Source of the DNA: an uncultured Lentisphaerales bacterium
Lineage (GTDB): Bacteria > Verrucomicrobiota > Lentisphaeria > JABSQK01 > UBA12247
Length of the DNA stretch: 64,000 bases
Direction: 5' to 3'
Assembly: GCA_943788985.1 (NCBI GenBank)
Contig: CALSSJ010000012.1
Location: 32,001 to 96,000 of the forward strand
A model generated the notes under the pieces. The model was not told the origin of the DNA and did not search any database. It worked only from the letters and a program-made list of their open reading frames with translations. Below, one piece after another: positions 31,195 to 42,200 of the stretch. Made by a program: the position numbers and the translations under genes. How positions within the stretch are numbered: the stretch's first letter is position 1; the number at the start of each line of letters is the position of its first letter.

Positions 31195-32625
31195 CTATTT
31201 GCGCTTCTTCGCCTTTCTGTCCCACGGATTCGCAGCCCTGGGTTCATACAGGGGCCTGGCATCCTTGTCCGGGAGTGATTCCAGTACTCCCTGAAACTTC
31301 GCCAGGGCCTTCTTGTGCTCTGCACTCACACTACTGAGAAGATTGGTCTCTTCCCACGGATCCTGCTGCAGGTCATGCAGCCGGATGATCTGCTTCTGAT
31401 TGGATACCCAGACCTTATACCGCTTGTCACGAATGACTCGCGTGGCAAAATTCTTTACGCCCCGGACGCCGTCCTTATCCAGTTTGCCGCCGCCATGGCC
31501 AAGGGCCATGATCCACTTGCGGTCTGTGTCCTGCTTCTTGCCGAGAATCAGCGGCGCAATCGACCTCCCGTCGATGATGAGGTCTTCCGGGACCTGGCCG
31601 CCGCCGAGTTCGATGAAAGTGGGCAGCATATCCGAAAAGTCGGTCAGGGCATCGGTTTCGGTGCCAGCGGGAACGAGTCCCGGACAGTTCACAATAAAGG
31701 GAGCGCAAATGCCCGGTTCAGACTCTGATCCTTTCGCGCCGGTCACCCTGCGCCCATTCAGTGTGCCAGTGATCTTGCCGTCCGAGCCATTATCGGTTGT
31801 AAAAATCACGATGGTGCGTTCGCGTATACCAAGGTCATTGAGCGCATCAACAAGCCGACCAACCATTTTGTCCATGTAGCGTACCATGGCTTTGTGCCTA
31901 TCAAGCCGGCTCCCTGCCTGGGGCTCATCCGGGGTGGTAACCCAGGGCCTATGCGTGAGAATCATTGGGTAATAAAGGCACATGGGCTCCTCCTTGTGAT
32001 CCCGCATGAACTCAACCAATCGGTCGGCATAGATGTCGGATCCGAACTTGCCAGCATAGGTCTTACTGCCCTCTTCAGGCGTATTGATGTAAGCGTCGTG
32101 AAGCTGCTTACCACTCGCCGGATTCCCAGTCTCAGAGCCAGTCCACATGGCCCAGTCATCGAACCCGTGCTTCTTCATCGCCTGCGGCTCGATCCGAAAG
32201 TCATTGATCTGCCATTTGCCTGCAGCGCAGGTGGCGTAGCCCAGGTCCTTCATCAGCCGGGCAAAGGTGGTGTTTTCCTTCTGTTTCCAGTCAAAGTAGC
32301 CGACGCCCCAGCGCGGCACGTCCCAGTGATTGACAAAGCCGTTGCGCCACGGGTATTTGCCTGTCAAAAGGGTCGTGCGTGACGGCGTGCATTGCGGCAT
32401 AGAATACGCGTTGTGAAACGTCAGCCCCCCCGCCGCGAGGGCGTCAATGTTCGGCGTCTCGATGCCTTCCCCGCCATAGCAGCTGATCCATTCCTTGCCC
32501 AGGTCATCCACCATGATGAACAGGATATTGGGCTTGGCTGGGGGCGTTCCGGCTGCCAGCAGCGGGCCAGCCATGCTGACCAACACACAAGCAGTCAGTA
32601 TCGTTCTGAGCGTGCTACGTACCAT
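31195..32625 (-). CDS. Sulfatase (S1)
   Basis: PNILFIMVDDLG, CTPSRTTLLTG, HWDVPRWG; signal peptide. Confidence 0.92.
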   Translation of the reverse strand: MVRSTLRTILTACVLVSMAGPLLAAGTPPAKPNILFIMVDDLGKEWISCYGGEGIETPNIDALAAGGLTFHNAYSMPQCTPSRTTLLTGKYPWRNGFVNHWDVPRWGVGYFDWKQKENTTFARLMKDLGYATCAAGKWQINDFRIEPQAMKKHGFDDWAMWTGSETGNPASGKQLHDAYINTPEEGSKTYAGKFGSDIYADRLVEFMRDHKEEPMCLYYPMILTHRPWVTTPDEPQAGSRLDRHKAMVRYMDKMVGRLVDALNDLGIRERTIVIFTTDNGSDGKITGTLNGRRVTGAKGSESEPGICAPFIVNCPGLVPAGTETDALTDFSDMLPTFIELGGGQVPEDLIIDGRSIAPLILGKKQDTDRKWIMALGHGGGKLDKDGVRGVKNFATRVIRDKRYKVWVSNQKQIIRLHDLQQDPWEETNLLSSVSAEHKKALAKFQGVLESLPDKDARPLYEPRAANPWDRKAKKRK

Positions 32626-32664
32626 GGATTGTCGTTCCTGTTGTTTTTGCTGATCAGCCGCAGA

Positions 32665-33570
32665 TTATTCTTGGGGTGATTCGGAGCTTGTGCCGGCTGG
32701 GAACTCGAGCTCACAATACACCCAAGGATGGTCCGATAGGCAGCCGTTGGATTTTACATTCTGGTCATTCTGGTTCTCTGGGCCCCAATCCCGCTTGGCG
32801 TCTACGAGCTTGACCGATCTTGCCATGCTGTAGAGGATATGGTCGATGGACTTCTCTTGGGTCGCGTTTTCTAGTTTGGCATCTTTCAAGAGGGACTGCA
32901 TGACGATGCCTTCCGTCCATTCATTAAAGTCTCCGCCGACAATGATCTCACAGTCGTCATCTTCCGCCTTGATGTGTTCTGCCAGGGCTTTGTGTTTCGA
33001 TCCCTCATAGGCTTCTACTTTTGTGGGCTGTTTCTTGTTATGCGCGTATCCAGGCAAGTGCAGTGAGTAGATTGCGAACTTCCTGCCAGCGATCACCGTT
33101 TCAGCACGCAGGGGCTTGGCACGTTTCCAGCCACTCCCTTCGGCTTCGATATCAGCGCCATTCGTTAGAGGGGTTCGGCTGAGAATGGATTTGAACTTGC
33201 CGCCGTAATTGCCGGTTAGGTCACCCCACTTGGGAGCCTTGTGCCCCGCGGATGAACTCGTTCCTACGTGGACATGCTCTAGGCCGAGGGCTTCTGCTAC
33301 ACGGAGTGACCAGTCCTTGACGTCTTTTCCCCGGTTCGCCTTGGGAACCTCGCTCAGTAAAACGAGGTCGGGGCTCAGAGGCTTGAGAAGCTCGGCGATT
33401 TTCTCAGGTGTTGCCCATTGGCCGCAAGCGACGTTATAGGCGATCACGCGAAGTTTGGTCGTTTTTTCCAGACTATCTTGCTCGGCAGGCACGGGTAGTG
33501 TTAACGCGGTCGCAAGCAAGGCGATGCTGAAGACGAGTTTGATGGCTTTTGATAAGATGGGGGTGTTCAT
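32665..33570 (-). CDS. Secreted EEP family protein (second subtype)
   Basis: Start MNTPILSK; IAYNV, LSEV, GGDFNEW, IDHILY, SDHPWV. Confidence 0.85.
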   Translation of the reverse strand: MNTPILSKAIKLVFSIALLATALTLPVPAEQDSLEKTTKLRVIAYNVACGQWATPEKIAELLKPLSPDLVLLSEVPKANRGKDVKDWSLRVAEALGLEHVHVGTSSSAGHKAPKWGDLTGNYGGKFKSILSRTPLTNGADIEAEGSGWKRAKPLRAETVIAGRKFAIYSLHLPGYAHNKKQPTKVEAYEGSKHKALAEHIKAEDDDCEIIVGGDFNEWTEGIVMQSLLKDAKLENATQEKSIDHILYSMARSVKLVDAKRDWGPENQNDQNVKSNGCLSDHPWVYCELEFPAGTSSESPQE

Positions 33571-33628
33571 GATTGTTCGTTCTTTGCTTATTTGGTGATG
33601 TGTTGTTACTTGGCGCCGCCTGCGGAGT

Positions 33629-34972
33629 TTATTCGGCTTCGGCTTGATCCCACAGACTCCGAAGAAGTCCATCCGGAATGCGATGAACGCGGGCGATTAA
33701 TTTCTGGGTTTCTGTGATGTAGAGGCCATCGTCCCAGATGAAGTCGGGGTAGCTGATACGTGTCTCCGGGTTCCGGTCATAGAGCACTGCAACAGGTTCA
33801 CCCCAATGAATGTGTTTTCCGCCCGGGCCATCCACTTCCGTTCCTCCCAAGAGATAGGCGGGATTGCGTCCGCCCCATCCCTTCGTCTTGTTGTTGTGAA
33901 ACCAATAGATGTAACGCCCCTTGTAGGGACCTTCCGTTAACTTGCGCACAAAGTTGGCTGCCCGGGGATGATTGACCAGCGGCCCTCCTGGACCATAGGT
34001 CATGAAGGCTGTTTTGGTCCAGGTCTTACCCTCATCCCTTGAATAGGCGTGACAGGGATGCCCGGCAACGGTTCGGTAGGTGCAGAATAGGCTGCCATCG
34101 GACAGGTCTGTCAGGTTCACTTCGGATGCAATCGGACCTTTGGGTGACTTGAGTCCATCATCTCCGTCGGGAAGTGTCTTCCATTCGAGTTTGTCTGGAT
34201 CGCGCTCTGTTTCGATGTTGGAGCTACGTAGGAAGAACGCCTCGGTTTTCTCGATGAAGTTCTTCCCGAATGTTTCGACCTTCGTAAAACCGAGGTACAT
34301 TGAATTTTTATGCTGTATGGGTTTGCCAACACCCCAGAAGAACCGGACTTCGCCCTTGTAGGGATTGCGCCTGTCGATAGCGGTCTCGCGAACCGGAATG
34401 AACCAGCGCTGTTTCGACCAGGTTTTGCCCCCATCATCAGAAAACTTGAGCGCATACTCTCCAAGCGTGTCCACCCGTTGCCGCGCGTAGTTAGTGGAGG
34501 CACGCACTCTCTTTATGTCCTTAGCGTTATAGGTGTAGAAAACGTAGACACGGCCATAGTCCGTCAAGTAAGGCATCGCCCAAGAGGCTAAGGGACCGCC
34601 CGCTGGTTCGATATCGACAAGGGGTTCCCACGTGGTTCCTTGGTCGGAACTCCGGCAGGATACAACGTGCTGTCCGCCTGCACCTTCGTGCCCCTTGCCG
34701 GTAGTCATGGTGCATAACCAAGTGCCGTCTGGCAGTTTCACGACGTAAGGCTGATCACAATAACCCTCGGAAGGAATCACTGCACCCGTCGCAATGTCGA
34801 GTGCCGGAGGTTGCTGGTTTATCGCGGCTTTTAGCTGATCTGCAGATGCTGTTTCAGATTTGGCCCATGGCTCTATATCCGCCTTCTTAGGGGCAGCCCA
34901 TGCGATCGTTATTGCGCACGAGGCAAGCATTGTGTTGACGGCAAGAAAAGCCATTCTGTTATTTGTTTTCAC
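33629..34972 (-). CDS. Sialidase-family (BNR/Asp-box beta-propeller) protein
   Basis: Asp-boxes SSDQGTTW, SDDGGKTW and SRDEGKTW; ISYPD; signal peptide. Confidence 0.8.
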   Translation of the reverse strand: MKTNNRMAFLAVNTMLASCAITIAWAAPKKADIEPWAKSETASADQLKAAINQQPPALDIATGAVIPSEGYCDQPYVVKLPDGTWLCTMTTGKGHEGAGGQHVVSCRSSDQGTTWEPLVDIEPAGGPLASWAMPYLTDYGRVYVFYTYNAKDIKRVRASTNYARQRVDTLGEYALKFSDDGGKTWSKQRWFIPVRETAIDRRNPYKGEVRFFWGVGKPIQHKNSMYLGFTKVETFGKNFIEKTEAFFLRSSNIETERDPDKLEWKTLPDGDDGLKSPKGPIASEVNLTDLSDGSLFCTYRTVAGHPCHAYSRDEGKTWTKTAFMTYGPGGPLVNHPRAANFVRKLTEGPYKGRYIYWFHNNKTKGWGGRNPAYLLGGTEVDGPGGKHIHWGEPVAVLYDRNPETRISYPDFIWDDGLYITETQKLIARVHRIPDGLLRSLWDQAEAE

Positions 34973-34997
34973 ATCTTTTGTTTGGTTTATTGATTGA

Positions 34998-35975
34998 TCA
35001 GCTCTGTTTCAGCACTACGGACATACCTTCATAGGCAGGAATGAGGCCTTCCGGGATGAGCTTTTTCTCCAGCACATGGTGAGGCGGGTGCAGCCTGTCA
35101 GCAATATGGGTGAGAATGATTTTTGCATCTGGTTTGAGTGCCTTTCCTTTCATGAGAGATTGGTTCATGTGGCGAATCATGGTCAGGTCGTTATGGCTGA
35201 AAACGCGATAGTCTCCCTTGCCCTCGCCGCAGGTGGCATCCCAGATGATCGCATCGAGTTGCTTGCGCTGAATATGCAGCCAGGTCGTTGTCGGCAACCA
35301 GCCCGTGTCAGTCGCGTAGAAAGCACGCTTGGTAGCACCCTCAATCAGATAGAGAAGGCATTGTTCTTTGGAGCCATGAACATCGTGATTGGCGGCAAGA
35401 CCTGTCATGGTGAGTCCATGCACCTGGAAGCTTTTGCCATGCTCAACGGGAATCTTCTCGATGCGATCTGAGTCCGGCACTTTTTTCAGTGCTTCCGGGT
35501 CTCCCCAAAACTTCAAAGGCCCAAGACTGGCATCCCTTCCATTGGCGATGCTCATGATGTTGCCCGGATGCAAGTGGTCCGAGTGCGTATGAGTCAGCAG
35601 GATGTCGGTGATCCCGGCGGGGTCGACGTCGTAACAGTTCATGACATCAAGCACGGTCGGGCCGCAATCAATGAGAATATGTCCGTTGACCAGCATCGAT
35701 GACATGGCGCGCACCTTGGCTCGTGGATGACTCTTATCTTTGAATGGATATTTGCGTGGCCAGTTCGCCGCACCTGTTCCCAGAAAGAGCAGCTCGAGCT
35801 GTTTTGTGGGTGAGCTGTCGGCCTTCTTGGATTCTTCTTGTGGTTCGCCTTCTTGAGCATGGGCGGAGCCCGACAGGCCTGTCGCCGCGAGTGAGGTGGC
35901 AAGTGAAGCAGCACCCATCGAAGTCATTGTTAAAAAGTCCCGCCGGCTTGGGTTTGTCTCGCTGTCTTTCATCAT
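34998..35975 (-). CDS. Tat-exported MBL-fold metallo-hydrolase (PhnP-like phosphodiesterase)
   Basis: Twin-arginine motif SRRDFL; FLGTGAA, LIDCG, THTHSDH, YATDTG, THI. Confidence 0.8.
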   Translation of the reverse strand: MMKDSETNPSRRDFLTMTSMGAASLATSLAATGLSGSAHAQEGEPQEESKKADSSPTKQLELLFLGTGAANWPRKYPFKDKSHPRAKVRAMSSMLVNGHILIDCGPTVLDVMNCYDVDPAGITDILLTHTHSDHLHPGNIMSIANGRDASLGPLKFWGDPEALKKVPDSDRIEKIPVEHGKSFQVHGLTMTGLAANHDVHGSKEQCLLYLIEGATKRAFYATDTGWLPTTTWLHIQRKQLDAIIWDATCGEGKGDYRVFSHNDLTMIRHMNQSLMKGKALKPDAKIILTHIADRLHPPHHVLEKKLIPEGLIPAYEGMSVVLKQS

Positions 35976-36013
35976 TCGTTGAGTAAATATTGTGCTACTT
36001 GGTTTGCGTGGCT

Positions 36014-37534
36014 CTACTTCTTCCGGTCCCATGGATTTGCTGCCCGGGGCTCGTAGAAGCGGTGGGCGTCTTTGTCGGGCAGACTGTCGACGATTTTTTG
36101 GAATTTCGCGAGTGCCTCCTGGTGGGCTGGTTCGCTACTTTTTAGTAGATTTTTTTGTTCTACTGGATCTGGACTGAGGTCGTGCAGGCGGTTGATCTTC
36201 TTTTTATTGGTCACCCAGACCTTGTATTGCTTGTCCCGAATGACGCGCTTGCCAAAGGCATCTTTATTGCGCACTCCGTCCTTGGTGATTTGACCGGAGC
36301 TCTCGCCCATTGACATGACCCACTGGCGTGGTGTGTCATCTTGCTTGCCGAGAATCAAGGGGGCGATCGATTTCCCGTCGATGATGAGATCCTCTGGTAG
36401 CTTGCCACCTGCAAGTTCTACGAAGGTGGGGAGCAAGTCGGAAAAATCAGTAAGGGCGTCGGTTTTGATGCCAGCAGGAACGAGCCCTGGACCGTTGACA
36501 ATGAAGGGGGCGCAAACGCCTCGTTCAGTCTTTTGCCCCTTTTCACCTCTGACCGGGAGCCCGTTCACGGTGCCCGTGATACCAGGAATGGTGCCGTTGT
36601 CAGTGGAGAAGAAGATGATGGTGCGGTTACGGATCTTGAGCTCGTCAAGGGTGTTGACGATCTGACCAAGACACTTGTCGACATAGCGCACCATAGCCTT
36701 GTGCTTATCGATGCGGGTCTTCACGTTAGGCTCATCCGGGGTGGCAACGAGCGGAGGATGCGGAAGCGGCATCGGGTAATAGAGGCACATGGGTTCGTCC
36801 TTGTGCTGACGCATGTAGTTGATGAGATAGTCGGTGCTTACATCAGCCAGAAACTTACCTTTGTATGTCTTGCTGCCCTCTGTTGGCGTGTTGATGTAAG
36901 GGTTGTAATCGCGGCTCTTACTTACCTTGTCGTTACCGGTCTCGCAGCCGGTCCACAGTGCCCAGTCATCGAATCCGTGCTTCTTCAGAACATGAGGCTC
37001 GACCCGAAAGTCATTGATCTGCCACTTACCTACAGCACAGGTGGAGTAACCATTTTCTTTCATGATGGTGGCAAAGGTGGTGTTTTCCTTTTTCTTCCAA
37101 TCAAAGTAGGCCACTCCCCAGCGTGGCACGTCCCAGTGACTGGTCCAGCCGGTGCGCCAGGGGTATTTACCAGTCAGGACGGCGGTGCGCGAAGGCGTGC
37201 ATGATGGCATGGAGTAGGCGTTATTAAACATCATGCCACCAGCTGCCAGCGCATCAATATTTGGTGTCTTGATGTCTTCGGCGCCGTAGCAGCCCACCCA
37301 TTCTTTGCCGAGGTCATCCAGCATGATGTAGAGGATGTTTGGCAGCTGCGTTGAAGAGCTTGCATTGATGCTCCCCGCCGGTCGCACCCCATCGGGGCTG
37401 TCTTGCGACAGTCTATCTCGCTCCGCTCGGTTTCCGTCGGTCGTCCGCTGGTCCGCTGGGGCAGCCGCGGAAAAAACAGAAGATTGAATCGTGAATAATG
37501 AAGTAAGAAAAAGGAAGATAGCGACTCGTTTCAT
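36014..37534 (-). CDS. Sulfatase (S1), with an extra ~35-aa segment after the signal peptide
   Basis: PNILYIMLDDLG, CTPSRTAVLTG, HWDVPRWG. Confidence 0.92.
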   Translation of the reverse strand: MKRVAIFLFLTSLFTIQSSVFSAAAPADQRTTDGNRAERDRLSQDSPDGVRPAGSINASSSTQLPNILYIMLDDLGKEWVGCYGAEDIKTPNIDALAAGGMMFNNAYSMPSCTPSRTAVLTGKYPWRTGWTSHWDVPRWGVAYFDWKKKENTTFATIMKENGYSTCAVGKWQINDFRVEPHVLKKHGFDDWALWTGCETGNDKVSKSRDYNPYINTPTEGSKTYKGKFLADVSTDYLINYMRQHKDEPMCLYYPMPLPHPPLVATPDEPNVKTRIDKHKAMVRYVDKCLGQIVNTLDELKIRNRTIIFFSTDNGTIPGITGTVNGLPVRGEKGQKTERGVCAPFIVNGPGLVPAGIKTDALTDFSDLLPTFVELAGGKLPEDLIIDGKSIAPLILGKQDDTPRQWVMSMGESSGQITKDGVRNKDAFGKRVIRDKQYKVWVTNKKKINRLHDLSPDPVEQKNLLKSSEPAHQEALAKFQKIVDSLPDKDAHRFYEPRAANPWDRKK

Positions 37535-37595
37535 TGGCTGGGCTGGTTATTGATTAAAGTAGATCGTGAAGACCGTAAGTAAGATGGACCGTGTT

Positions 37596-39095
37596 TTATT
37601 GCTTGGGCTTCTTTTGCGAGGTTGCTCTGCCGCTCTTCCAGAGTCTGATGTTTTTCACATCATTCTTGGCCTCCGGGCCGTCCGTGCTGCGACCTCGCTC
37701 CACATCCGATGTGAGGTCGGCCAGAAGCTCCTCAGCGATTTCGGGGTGGGTGAGGTAGAGGTTGTTCTGCTCACTCGGGTCTTTTTCCATGTCGTAAAGC
37801 TGCGCCTCTGGTGCAGCTTTACTGACGGGGTCGCGTTCCTTCGGGGAGGACCAGCCGCCGGATCCTCTGGCCAGCAGCAGTTTCCATTTGCCCTGGCGAT
37901 AAGCGAAGTGGCCTGAAATGGAATGATGGATCACGCCCTTGCGCGTCGATACAATGGGCTTGCCAGATAGGGCAGGAAGAAAGCTCACGCTGTCTTCGGC
38001 GATTTCTGGTGCTTTTTCTCCTGTGATCTCGGAAGCGGTTGCGAAGAAATCCACCAAGGTAATGAGCTGGTCACAACGAGAGCCCGCCTCGACCTTGCCC
38101 GGCCAGCGGACCACAAACGGCACTCGGTGACCGCCGTCCCAGATGTCGGCCTTGGATCCGCGGAAGTGTGCGCTGACATGGTGGCCTTGCTTGCGTAGTG
38201 CAGGTATCCCCGCTGCCTTCGAGCAGCCATTGTCGCTGGTAAAAATCAGTAGCGTGTTTTCTGCAAAGCCGTTTTCCTCAATGGCAGCAGCGATGGCGCC
38301 GACGGTGGCATCTGTCTGCATGACGAAGTCCGCATAGGCACCTAGGCCACTTTTACCCTGCCATTCTTTGGTGGGCACAATTGGGGTGTGTGGTGAGCCG
38401 AGTGGCACGTAGAGGAAGAAGGGTTGCTCGGGGGACTTGGCGCGCTCTTCAATATAGGCCACTGACTTCTCGGTCAGGCGAGGCAGGTTGTGAATTTCGT
38501 CCAGCTTTTCGATCACCTTGTCATTCTCGATGATGGTGTCCATGTGACCCGCATGATGGATGCCATGAAAGTAGTCAAAGCCGCGTGTGGTCGGTCCATC
38601 GGGGATGGTTGCTCCGATCGGTGCACGACTTTTCTTGGTTTGACCCTTGGCTAGTATCTCGCCTGTCTTGGGATCCTGATACTGGAAATCCAGATGCCAT
38701 TTGCCAATGATCCCGGTGGCGTATCCTTGTTTCTTGAGTAAGCCGGCCACGGTGAGGCGGTCCGGCGCGATCAGGCAGGGTCTGAAGCCAGTGGCCACCC
38801 CATTCTGCAGTCTTGTGCGCCAGCTGTAGCGGCCAGTGAGGAGGCCGTAGCGGGTGGGGGTGCAGACCGCGGAGCCGGAATGGGCATCGGTAAAGATCAT
38901 GCCTTGCTTGGCGAGCTTGTCGACGCAGGGGGTTTTGATTTTTCCGTTCTCCGGATTCAGGCACTGCACCTCTCCATAGCCCAAGTCATCACACATGATC
39001 AGGACCATGTTGGGCCGATTCTCTGCCGCGAAGGAATTCAGTGCCGCAAGCACCACGGCAGCGCACAGCCAGAATTTCATCATTCGCTTCTTCAT
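37596..39095 (-). CDS. Arylsulfatase-like sulfatase (S1)
   Basis: Start MKKRMMKFW; PNMVLIMCDDLG, CTPTRYGLLTGRY, GKWHL, GGHRVPF. Confidence 0.92.
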   Translation of the reverse strand: MKKRMMKFWLCAAVVLAALNSFAAENRPNMVLIMCDDLGYGEVQCLNPENGKIKTPCVDKLAKQGMIFTDAHSGSAVCTPTRYGLLTGRYSWRTRLQNGVATGFRPCLIAPDRLTVAGLLKKQGYATGIIGKWHLDFQYQDPKTGEILAKGQTKKSRAPIGATIPDGPTTRGFDYFHGIHHAGHMDTIIENDKVIEKLDEIHNLPRLTEKSVAYIEERAKSPEQPFFLYVPLGSPHTPIVPTKEWQGKSGLGAYADFVMQTDATVGAIAAAIEENGFAENTLLIFTSDNGCSKAAGIPALRKQGHHVSAHFRGSKADIWDGGHRVPFVVRWPGKVEAGSRCDQLITLVDFFATASEITGEKAPEIAEDSVSFLPALSGKPIVSTRKGVIHHSISGHFAYRQGKWKLLLARGSGGWSSPKERDPVSKAAPEAQLYDMEKDPSEQNNLYLTHPEIAEELLADLTSDVERGRSTDGPEAKNDVKNIRLWKSGRATSQKKPKQ

Positions 39096-39254
39096 CTGAT
39101 CATCTCTTTTTTGTGTCCGACGCAGCCAGCCCCGTTTCTCACGGTCCGACGGCGTCCGCGAAGCGCCTGCAGTTGACGCTAAAGCCGTGAACTTCTCCGC
39201 ACCGCTGCCCACTCGCTCCAAACCACGCCAAATCATGTTCTGTACCTTCATCGG

Positions 39255-42200
39255 CTATTTGGCTTCCACACAGTCCACATGCAATTCCTGAAACGCGGTA
39301 TGCTCGCCTCGCGTACTGACCGGAAGCACCGTCCACAGAATCCAGCGAAATGTGCCCAGGGTTTCGCCGTCTGCAGCCCGGAGGGAGGCGGCGCTGAAGG
39401 GCGCCCCTTTGCTACCACGAGTGTCGATGCTGCCAAGCGGTGTCAGGCCAGCCGTATCCCAGCCCGGATCCTTCTCTGTTGCACTGCCGTAGAGCGTCAG
39501 CCGCTGCACGCCGCGCTTGCCGTGTTGGCATGACCAGCTGCTGATCGCCGATACGGCCTTCGCGCGCCCCAAATCCATCTTGTAGACGCCTTCCTTGACA
39601 CCGTTCGCGAAGACCGGCCCATATCCAGAGGCGAGTTTCCCGTCCACCAAAGAGTTGAGCGGTTCGTTACTTGTCTCTACACTGGAGGAGAGAGCTGCGG
39701 GGCGACGGGCGGGAACAGGGATCTGCGTAAACCCCTCTGCCGTCTTCGCGGTTTCGAGCTGCACCCAGGCGTGCCGCTCAATCACGAGCTCCTTCGCCTG
39801 CTGCTCGCGGACCAACTTGAGTGTAAGCGGCTTATCTCCCTCTTGAAGGCAAGCCTGCAAGAGCGCATCACTCGTGCGGACTGGCTTGCCATTGACCTGC
39901 TGAACCACGTCCCCTTCCAATAGGCCCCGTCGAGCGGCCTCGACACCCTCCGGAAGCTCGATCAGCACGACGCCGCCATCTTCTTTCCCAACCCCGTAAG
40001 CGGAGAACTCTTCGCCGTCCAAGGTCCCCAAGCTCGCCCCGAGCCAAACCTGAGCCGCAGAAGCCAAACCAGCAGGTTTGGCTGTGGCTGCCTTCGGCTT
40101 TCCTTTGGCGGGCTGGGGCTTTGCTATTGCCTGCGCAGCTGGCAGCGCGGGCAGTTGCGGCGTGCGGGCGATCTTCTTGAGCGAGGGTTTCTTCACCCCG
40201 AACTGATCCATCGAGAAGTTCTTGAAGCCGAGCTTCATCGCGGGCGAGCTCTCCTTTACCCGGAAATCTCCATTGGCCGGATCAAGAAACTGCGGGTCCC
40301 CAAAGACCGAGTTTTTGTCCCACCCCAACTTGGCCGAAGTCGCTTTTACTTTGGCCTCGTTGGCAACGTAAAACAGGTTCTTATCCACCCGGGCCCCATC
40401 TGCATTCGGTCGCTTCATCCGCGCGGGACGGTGTGCCCCCATCAAGATGTTGGCGTAGACCTGATCCTTGTTTCCCGTATACCAGACGTGCGGGTGCAGG
40501 CCGTTGTTCACAGCAACATTGTTCCAGGCATGACGGCGAAAGCCCTCACGCAGTTTGAGCCCCTTCGCCAGCAGCAGGTTGTTGTAAATATCGTAGTTGC
40601 TCGAACCGTCATCCAGGTCGATATCCCAGCCATGATCGCAGCGCCAACGGCTATCGCGAATGATCGTGGTCTTCACGGCATCCAGCAGGGATAATTCGGC
40701 GAGCTTCTCTGCGGGCGCGCCTTTCAGGTGCCAGAAGCGATCGCGGCCCCAGGAGTTGAAGGAACCGTGGTCATGTGTCTCCAGCACGGTATCAAAGACG
40801 TCACAGCCTTCGATCAGGTGTCCGCCCCAAGTGCCTTCACTGATATTGATGCCCGAACGAGCGCAGTCGTAGATCGATGCATCGCGGACGGTGATGCCCT
40901 GCGCCATCGAAATCTGCACCCCAGCCGGTTGCCGCTCCACGCGGCCAATCCCGTGAATCAGGCAATCCTCCACGATCGAGTCGGCGGGATAGTTGTCGGT
41001 TTTCGGCCCCGGCGTCCGGTCAATTTCTGAGAGTTGATTGGTCTCGTTGTATTCGAACAACGGATTCCGCACGGCCTTGGGGTCGCCGACAAAGCAAACC
41101 CCGCTGGCACCCGTGTCATGGATGTGGCACCCCGCGACCCGGACCCGACGATTGTAGTTGTTGACAAAGACCGCATTCCCGCCGACTTGGTCGAATTCGC
41201 AATCGAGAATGCTCACATCCTCGGTGCCAGTCAGTAGGAACGCTCCGCCGCGATAGATTGCCCAATCCGAGCGCAGCAGCGGTTCTTTGCAATCCATAAA
41301 GGTCCGTGCAGCGTGGCGAACCGTAAAACCCTGCAGGGTGATGAATTTCACAGGCGCTTTCTGGCTCCCCTGGAATTCGACCAGGTGCCGCAGGCGCACC
41401 ACCTCTACCGTCGCGGCAGACAGATCGGTGCCGCTGGCCGGCTTGTAGGAGAGCGTGGATGTTTTGGCATCGTGGAACCATTCACCAGCCGCGTCCAGTT
41501 CCTCGAAAATATTCTCTACCATACGGAAGTTCTTGTGCATTCCCATCTGGCGGTTGTTCTGCCAGCCGCCTTCATAGGTCACGTTGCCCTCGGCATCCTT
41601 CCCGGTGATCTGGTAGTGATAGCCGCCCCACCGGTGAACGTGCATGGCGTGGATATAGCCGCCCGCCGGGTTGGCCCAGTTTTCCGCCCGCTTCTTGGAG
41701 AAGGCATCGGCGGAATAGCCCTGATAGGCGGCCGTTTTCTTCTCGGGGTCGTAGTTTGGATAACGCGCCATGCGCTGCGCCGTACCGTCGACGAACAGTT
41801 GGTCGATCGCCAACCCAGCTGGTGTCTTTGCCTGGAAGATTCCGTCGCGATAGGGCTGCCAGTCGAGCGCCAGCTTGGAGCCACCACTCAGTACCGCACC
41901 GCCTTCGGTTTCGGCACGGTAGATAACGGGATGCTCGGCACTCCCGGAGTCCTCCGGGCCAAATTTCAATGCTTCGGGCAGGTAATAGACGCCGTCAGCC
42001 ACATGGACCGTGACCGCGCTCTTTCCCGCATGCGCCCGCGCCAGATCACGCGCTCTCGCGAGCGAGGCCAAGGGCTTCGCCTTCGTCATCCCCGCGGCGG
42101 CATCGTTTCCATTCGGGCTGACATACAGCGCAACCTGCTGGCTGGCTGTCGCTGGTGCCGGTTGGAAGTGGATCGTGTATGTCTCCCCCTTCGCGGACGC

